41,300 bases of DNA from Chthoniobacterales bacterium (lineage in GTDB: Bacteria; Verrucomicrobiota; Verrucomicrobiia; Chthoniobacterales; JBKEAD01), in contig JBKEBM010000065.1 in the NCBI GenBank assembly GCA_047973165.1, positions 1-41,300 on the forward strand, written 5' to 3'. Within the stretch, counting starts at the first letter, position 1. Each line of letters starts with the position of its first letter. Positions 36,028-41,300 of the stretch are shown here, piece after piece. The notes beneath the pieces were generated by a model. The model was given only the letters and a program-made list of their open reading frames with translations, made no database searches and was not told the DNA's origin. The translations under genes and the position numbers were made by a program.

Positions 36028-36151
36028 AATTTAACTTGTTTGTATTCGGGTTGAGTGCTCAAGCCCCTTACTTGGTGTCATGGGGAGAGAATTTGGCAAT
36101 AAAAATCGCATAATTCCTTAAGCTTTGCAGAGCAAAAACTTCGAAAATTAA

Positions 36152-36427
36152 TCATAAAAAAGAATGATGACTTGTGCGCTCGGTCAAAGCTCCGCAGCGT
36201 GGGCAGGGTAGTGGCAAACCGTCTTTGTTTTTCCCAGCGTCGTAATTTTGCTCTTCGTCAAAATTTTCAAACTCCATACCGCAGAGGCGGCACTGGATAC
36301 GACGGGATAAATTTTCACTACGGCGTTTTTTTAGCATCAGATCATAGGTGATCCAAAAGAAAAAAATCCCTGCCAGAAAAATAAACAGGTAAATAAAAAC
36401 AAAGCCACTTGGCGATACGGGAATCAT
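36152..36427 (-). CDS. Small single-TM protein with CxxC...CxxC zinc-ribbon
   Basis: Hydrophobic aa 9-27, basic KKRR, CRLCG and CPRCG. ATGA overlap with the upstream gene. Confidence 0.75.
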   Translation of the reverse strand: MIPVSPSGFVFIYLFIFLAGIFFFWITYDLMLKKRRSENLSRRIQCRLCGMEFENFDEEQNYDAGKNKDGLPLPCPRCGALTERTSHHSFL

Positions 36428-37206
36428 GAGGATGGGAGAGTTGTTTGCGGAAAAACGTCAGGTCCCCAGAGGAACCAAACGGAGCCCCAGGTTAAGGGTC
36501 CGGATGGCTGCTGACTTTGGGCTTTGTTTTCGACAGGTGTTTTCAGCAAGGTCTGTCGGGCAAGCTGATCGAGTGCTTCACTGCCGCTGGATTTTTGGAG
36601 AAAAATGTAGCGAATTTCATTTTCAGGCGAGAGTGCTACATCCAGAACAGTCGGAGCGGGAAACTCGTTTGGCGGACGTCGGAGCAGAGTCATATCGGGT
36701 TGTAGCCAGTCGATATTTGCAAGAGAACCGGTGCCCTCAACCCTGGTTACGGGATGTGGAGGAGGGATGACATCGTTTGTCGAGTGGCGTACCAGGCCGC
36801 TTTCTGTATCCGCGAGAAATTCAAAAATTCGTTCTGGCGGCAGGACTCTCGGGCTTTGTATTTCGGGGACAAGAATATCCGGGCGATGAGTGTCGAAGCT
36901 GGGCTTGAAAGAAATTTCCGGAAGCTGGAAAAGCTCGCGTTTATCGGGTTGATACTGAGAAAAAACAGAAGGATCGGAGGCCTCAAGCCAGGCGTAAAAA
37001 ACGTCGGCTCGGGGCGTCGTTTGAAGAACAGCCAATACCGATGCCGGGTGATAAGCTCCTTGTGAAGCCGGAGGATAAACGATTTGAAAAACCACCAGTG
37101 AAGCGAGATGCAAAGCCAGACTGACGATAACCATCAGCGGAAACATGACACGAAGGATATGCTTTTGAGGCCATCTGAATAAAAGGCTGGACGGGTCAGT
37201 TTTCAT
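36424..37206 (-). CDS. TonB/TolA-like energy transducer
   Basis: Likely start ATG 37206. One TM with VSLALH (S-x3-H), Pro-rich linker, C-terminal QKSSGSEALDQLA resembling TonB_C. Follows exbB-exbD. Confidence 0.65.
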   Translation of the reverse strand: MKTDPSSLLFRWPQKHILRVMFPLMVIVSLALHLASLVVFQIVYPPASQGAYHPASVLAVLQTTPRADVFYAWLEASDPSVFSQYQPDKRELFQLPEISFKPSFDTHRPDILVPEIQSPRVLPPERIFEFLADTESGLVRHSTNDVIPPPHPVTRVEGTGSLANIDWLQPDMTLLRRPPNEFPAPTVLDVALSPENEIRYIFLQKSSGSEALDQLARQTLLKTPVENKAQSQQPSGPLTWGSVWFLWGPDVFPQTTLPSS

Positions 37207-37600
37207 CCGTAGCCAGGATAACAGAGATGCCCAGCTCCAGGGCCAGGTTTGTAACCGCCGTGACTCGCTCATACGGAACACTGCGATCGGCTTTTATAAT
37301 GAGTGCGGTATTGGCAACAGCCTCCGGACGATCCTGGAGATGCTGGCGAAGCTCATCCAGCGTAGTTTTATGATTCTGAAAATACAGCTCAGGCTTTGGA
37401 GAACCCGTAAGGCTGACTACCTGGGGATTGCGCAAAGGCGCCAGAGCAAATGGCGAGAGTGGCACATTAACAGCGACGCCAGGCTGGAGCAGAAAATTGG
37501 TGCTCAGAATAATGAAAAAAATAAGGATCAGGCAAAGATCAATCGTCGGCGCAAAATAAAGAAAGGCCGGTTTGCTCGGATATCTGCGGGATAGACTCAC
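37196..37600 (-). CDS. exbD: Biopolymer transport protein ExbD/TolR
   Basis: APTIDLCLILIFF (conserved TM Asp), VNVP, LIIKADRSVPY. Confidence 0.92.
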   Translation of the reverse strand: MSLSRRYPSKPAFLYFAPTIDLCLILIFFIILSTNFLLQPGVAVNVPLSPFALAPLRNPQVVSLTGSPKPELYFQNHKTTLDELRQHLQDRPEAVANTALIIKADRSVPYERVTAVTNLALELGISVILATDEN

Positions 37601-37611
37601 GACGTTTTAAA

Positions 37612-38259
37612 TCAGTGTTTGGCGGCATCCGCCGGGGACCGTTTTTCCTTACCGCGACGCTCCAGAAGCAGATGGCTGACCTCGATGGCAGCACGCTCCA
37701 TATCAGCGATGACTCCATCCACTCGTGCCCCAAGGTAGGCGTAAGCAAAATAAACCGGTATTGCTACAGCGAGCCCTGCAGTGCTGGTGATGATACTTTG
37801 AAAAACTCCCCCTGCAATCTCAGCGGTCGTCGTATAAATGCCCTGGGAGCTGATGGACGAAAAAGACCCAAGAAGACCCAGCAAAGTTCCCAAAAGACCT
37901 ATGAGTGGTGAGGCGTATGCGATGGATGAAAGCAAGGGCAGGCCGCGCTCTAATTCCGGAATTTCAAGGCGAGCAGATTCTTCACCAACTACGCGAAGCT
38001 CGACAGCATCCGCTTCTCCGCGAAGCAAAAGCGTATGAACCACACGAGCAACAGGGCCTGGAGTCAGAGCTGCTTCCTGGATTGCCTCGCCGATATCCCC
38101 TCGTCGAATGAGTGTGGCGATCCCTCTCAAAAAATCTGCTGTTGAAATCGTGCATCGATAGAGGTGAAAAATACGCTCAATAAAAGCACCGATTGCTACG
38201 GTACTGAACAGCAACAGAACCCACATCAGGGGCCCTCCTTTTTGAAAAATTTCCAGCAT
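37612..38259 (-). CDS. exbB: MotA/TolQ/ExbB proton channel protein
   Basis: GGPLMWVL, LERGL, SPLIGLLGT, TAGLAVAIP. Confidence 0.93.
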   Translation of the reverse strand: MLEIFQKGGPLMWVLLLFSTVAIGAFIERIFHLYRCTISTADFLRGIATLIRRGDIGEAIQEAALTPGPVARVVHTLLLRGEADAVELRVVGEESARLEIPELERGLPLLSSIAYASPLIGLLGTLLGLLGSFSSISSQGIYTTTAEIAGGVFQSIITSTAGLAVAIPVYFAYAYLGARVDGVIADMERAAIEVSHLLLERRGKEKRSPADAAKH

Positions 38260-38339
38260 GGAGACTCTGTTTTCTTTTAATTATGAAAAACTGTAAAGAA
38301 TCAACCTCTGCACAGGATGAAAGAAATCATCCCTCCCAC

Positions 38340-39299
38340 TCAGGGAGTTGCCTGGGTTTTGGTGTTGCTTCCTTTTTTGGGTGGAGAGGTCAGGGAATCC
38401 GAATCTCCGATATTCAGGAAAGGAACCAGTCCGCTGCCGCCGGTGATCCTCGGGAGAATTCCGTCCCACTTCTCAACTGTGCGTAGTTGAATAATAGCCG
38501 GGCTTGCAGCAAGAGCTTCGGCCTCACGACGAATGGCGTCGGCCCGTGCCACGGATTGAGATTCAATGGCAAATGCCTCGGCTGCAGCGGCCAGCTTGCG
38601 CTCCTCTGCAGCGGCTTCAGCCTGCGTAACCCGACGATTTTTTTCATTTTTTGCCTGCAGAGCCTGCTGTTCAGCCTGAACTTTTAATTCAATCGCACGG
38701 TTAAATTCGTCGCTGAAATCAAAGTCTGTAATGGCAATGCTCGCGATCTTTAAGGCGTTCCGGATATCTTTTTCCTGAAGAATAATATCGATGAAATTCT
38801 CGACCGAGGCCTGGATTTGCTGCTTCACGAGTTCGCGTTTTGTCACGAGTTCCTCAGCGGTGAATTTTGCAGTCACGGCCTTTACGCACTCCTGAATAGC
38901 TGGCTCCACTGTGGTAGCTGCCACGTTATCCGGTCCGCCGATACGATTGTATGTCTGCGGAGCGAGCTCGCCTGTCAGCGAGTAGGTGACTGTAACTTCG
39001 GTGCTGACAGTTTGCAGGTCGCGCGATGCTGCGGTGGACTGCGCATTGGTTGCCCGCAGACGAATATCGAGTTGCTCCACCTTATCAATAAAAGGACGCT
39101 TGAAATGCAAACCAGGTTTAAGCGGCGTATCCACAACCGCACCAAAACGCTTGATGACACCCACATGCCCTGCCTGCACGACCACAATGATTCCGCCAAG
39201 GGAGATCAGCACCACAATTAAAATCAAAATAACAGGAATGATTCCGGCCAGAGCAGCAACATTCGTATTTGCCGAAATTTTATTAAGGAAGCGTGTCAT
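38340..39299 (-). CDS. Prohibitin/SPFH (band 7) family protein
   Basis: N-terminal TM, VQAGHVGV, PGLHF, SRDLQ, KAVTAKFTAEELVTKRE, FNRAIELK, EKWDG. Confidence 0.93.
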   Translation of the reverse strand: MTRFLNKISANTNVAALAGIIPVILILIVVLISLGGIIVVVQAGHVGVIKRFGAVVDTPLKPGLHFKRPFIDKVEQLDIRLRATNAQSTAASRDLQTVSTEVTVTYSLTGELAPQTYNRIGGPDNVAATTVEPAIQECVKAVTAKFTAEELVTKRELVKQQIQASVENFIDIILQEKDIRNALKIASIAITDFDFSDEFNRAIELKVQAEQQALQAKNEKNRRVTQAEAAAEERKLAAAAEAFAIESQSVARADAIRREAEALAASPAIIQLRTVEKWDGILPRITGGSGLVPFLNIGDSDSLTSPPKKGSNTKTQATP

Positions 39300-39352
39300 A
39301 GTGTTGGTAAGGTAATGGGTTCTTTGTGTCTTGTCCAGGTTCAGTCACGACA

Positions 39353-41230
39353 TCAGGCTTTTTGTGCCGCCTTTGCCCTGGCTGCCTTTTCGGCCTCATC
39401 CACTTTGGGGACAAAAGCAAAAATTGTTGTTCCTGCCGGGACTTTACTCAATCCGGCTTCTGCAGGTCGCAGCCCTTTGGAATCCTGTAGAAAAAGAATG
39501 ATTGCCTCCGGGTTGGCAGAGCTGAATTTTTCAAAATCAAAAATTTCAGTAATCTGATTTTTTTTGACGACAAAACCGGCCTCCGCTTTTTCCTGCAGAG
39601 ATGTGTAATTCGGACCTCCGGAAAAGCAAAGACGACTGCGTACCTCATCAGCAGCCGCTTTGGAGTGGTGCTCATCTTTATCCGCCGGACTAAGCTGCCA
39701 GACGTGTGCTCGTGTAAAAAAATGGCTGAATTTATAGGCTGCAATCGAATTGACCTCATCATTCGGCGTGCAGGCGATCAGGTGGATCAACCCGTTAAAA
39801 TCAAGCTCCTCTTCTGCAAACTCTGATAAAATATTTGCCCGGTGAGCTTCCATGCCAAGCATTTTGGCAGCCGCCACATTTGAGAAATTTGTGTCGAGCA
39901 GCATCACACGATGTCCCTCATCATACAGTGCTTTGGCGATGAGACGCGCCGCTTTGTTTGCCCCGGCAAAAAGAATGCCCGTTGGATTTCTGACAGCCAG
40001 TCCGAGGTGACGCGCAAGCGGTTTGGCCGTCAGCCCGTAGATACAAACCGTCCCGACAATTACCAAAAAAATCAGCGCGACAATATCCCTGGCCTGATCC
40101 GCAATGACCGGAGACAACTCAGCACCAAACGCACCATGTGCAGCCGAAAGCTGAAACTCCAAAGCAAAAATCGACGCAACCGCAGCAGCCACAATCCCCC
40201 TCGGTGCAAGAAACGCCAGAAAAGTCCGCTCCCGAAACGACGTGCGAGTCGAAAAAATAAGAGAAGCATAAACCGACAACGGACGACCAATAATAATAAG
40301 AAAAGCCAGAAGAGCCGCGCCTTTTCCAAGAGTGTCGCCAAGATCAGTCGGAGCAATCCGACCCGAAAGAATCAAAAAGAGTGCCGATATTATCAGGGTG
40401 CGAAGATTTTCCTTAAACTCAAGAATGTGCTTCACCGAAACCGAACGCTGATTCGCCAGCAACACTCCCAAAACAGTAACCGTCAGCAAGCCACTTTCCT
40501 TCTCAATCGCATTCGAAACCGTAAAAGCCACCGCGACCAGACTCAGCAAAAATACCGGCTGCAAAAAATCCGGCACACTGTGATGCCGAAGTAAAAACTC
40601 CACTATTTTTGCCAGAATAAATGCCCCCAGAATCCCCACGAGCAGAAAGACCAATGTGGACTGCAGCAAATTTGTCCACGCATCCGTAATGTTGCTCGAA
40701 AGTGCTGCTTTAAAAACCAGAACCGCCAGAATCGCACCGATCGGATCGACCATGATGCCCTCCCATTTCACGATTGAAGCGATTTTTTTATTTGGACTCA
40801 CATGCCGAAGCAGCGGTGCAATCACCGTCGGTCCCGTAACCGTCAGGATCGATCCTATAAGCGCAGCAATCCGTATATCATAACCCAGAATCCAGGTCAT
40901 GAACCCCGTTGTCAGCCCAAAGGAAATCGCGACCGCAATCGTGCAAAGCCGTAAAATCGGCAGGCCCGACTCCCGCAGTTCGCGAAACTTTAAAGTAAGC
41001 CCGCCCTCGAAAAGAATGATGGCCACAAAAAGCCCGACGACCGAAAGCAGTGGGCTCGAATGCCCGTCACCCGCCGCAAGAAAATCATCAATCCGAACTC
41101 CCGTGATCTGGCCAAAGCCAAAACCAAAAGCCAGTAACAGCAAAATGGACGGCAGCTTAAAACGCCAGGCCAGCCATTGCGCGGTAATCCCCAGTGCCAG
41201 AATCCATGTTAGAAAAGCAATCGAAGTCAT
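39353..41230 (-). CDS. CPA1/NhaP-type cation:proton antiporter with C-terminal TrkA-N-like domain
   Basis: AQWLAWR, ILFEGGL, VTGPTV, WEGIMVDPIG, APRGIVAA, about 13 TM, then a Rossmann-like domain (ILFAGA...LLDTN). Confidence 0.93.
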   Translation of the reverse strand: MTSIAFLTWILALGITAQWLAWRFKLPSILLLLAFGFGFGQITGVRIDDFLAAGDGHSSPLLSVVGLFVAIILFEGGLTLKFRELRESGLPILRLCTIAVAISFGLTTGFMTWILGYDIRIAALIGSILTVTGPTVIAPLLRHVSPNKKIASIVKWEGIMVDPIGAILAVLVFKAALSSNITDAWTNLLQSTLVFLLVGILGAFILAKIVEFLLRHHSVPDFLQPVFLLSLVAVAFTVSNAIEKESGLLTVTVLGVLLANQRSVSVKHILEFKENLRTLIISALFLILSGRIAPTDLGDTLGKGAALLAFLIIIGRPLSVYASLIFSTRTSFRERTFLAFLAPRGIVAAAVASIFALEFQLSAAHGAFGAELSPVIADQARDIVALIFLVIVGTVCIYGLTAKPLARHLGLAVRNPTGILFAGANKAARLIAKALYDEGHRVMLLDTNFSNVAAAKMLGMEAHRANILSEFAEEELDFNGLIHLIACTPNDEVNSIAAYKFSHFFTRAHVWQLSPADKDEHHSKAAADEVRSRLCFSGGPNYTSLQEKAEAGFVVKKNQITEIFDFEKFSSANPEAIILFLQDSKGLRPAEAGLSKVPAGTTIFAFVPKVDEAEKAARAKAAQKA

Positions 41231-41300
41231 CTTAAAAAGTCAGACTGCAGACCATGGATCAACCCTCTCAATTCCGCAAGTCCGCGCATACGCCCGATGG

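Overview
A gene-dense 41.3 kb bacterial chromosomal segment of roughly 50% GC by eye. Several traits suggest a PVC-superphylum organism, most likely Verrucomicrobiota (inference only): long three-domain IspG, archaeal/eukaryote-type ProRS, stand-alone recF, and tRNA without encoded CCA. Most genes are housekeeping: tex, rseP-ispG-aroB, ysxC-rsgA, lysS, tRNA-Leu(UAA), an NDP-sugar epimerase, proS, purF-purM, recF and fabF. Three blocks stand out. (1) An AT-richer 1572-aa TM-sensor/6xPAS/GGDEF/EAL gene. (2) A tightly coupled 8-gene minus-strand respiratory operon (14063-23484). It encodes A1-type caa3 oxidase subunits II(+cyt c), I and III, an unexplained membrane protein, a dihaem c lipoprotein, a low-potential-type Rieske protein, a cyt b+IV+cyt c fusion with an odd PDLP Qo motif, and a CtaG/NapH-CcoG-like polyferredoxin fusion. 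An FNR-like box lies upstream. (3) An nhaP-SPFH-exbB-exbD-tonB-like-Zn-ribbon-fabF run. The best candidate for a poorly described system is the putative complex III-IV supercomplex operon with its fused copper-delivery/4Fe-4S protein. I saw no transposase, integrase, CRISPR array or rRNA. No searches were run; all calls come from motif reading.
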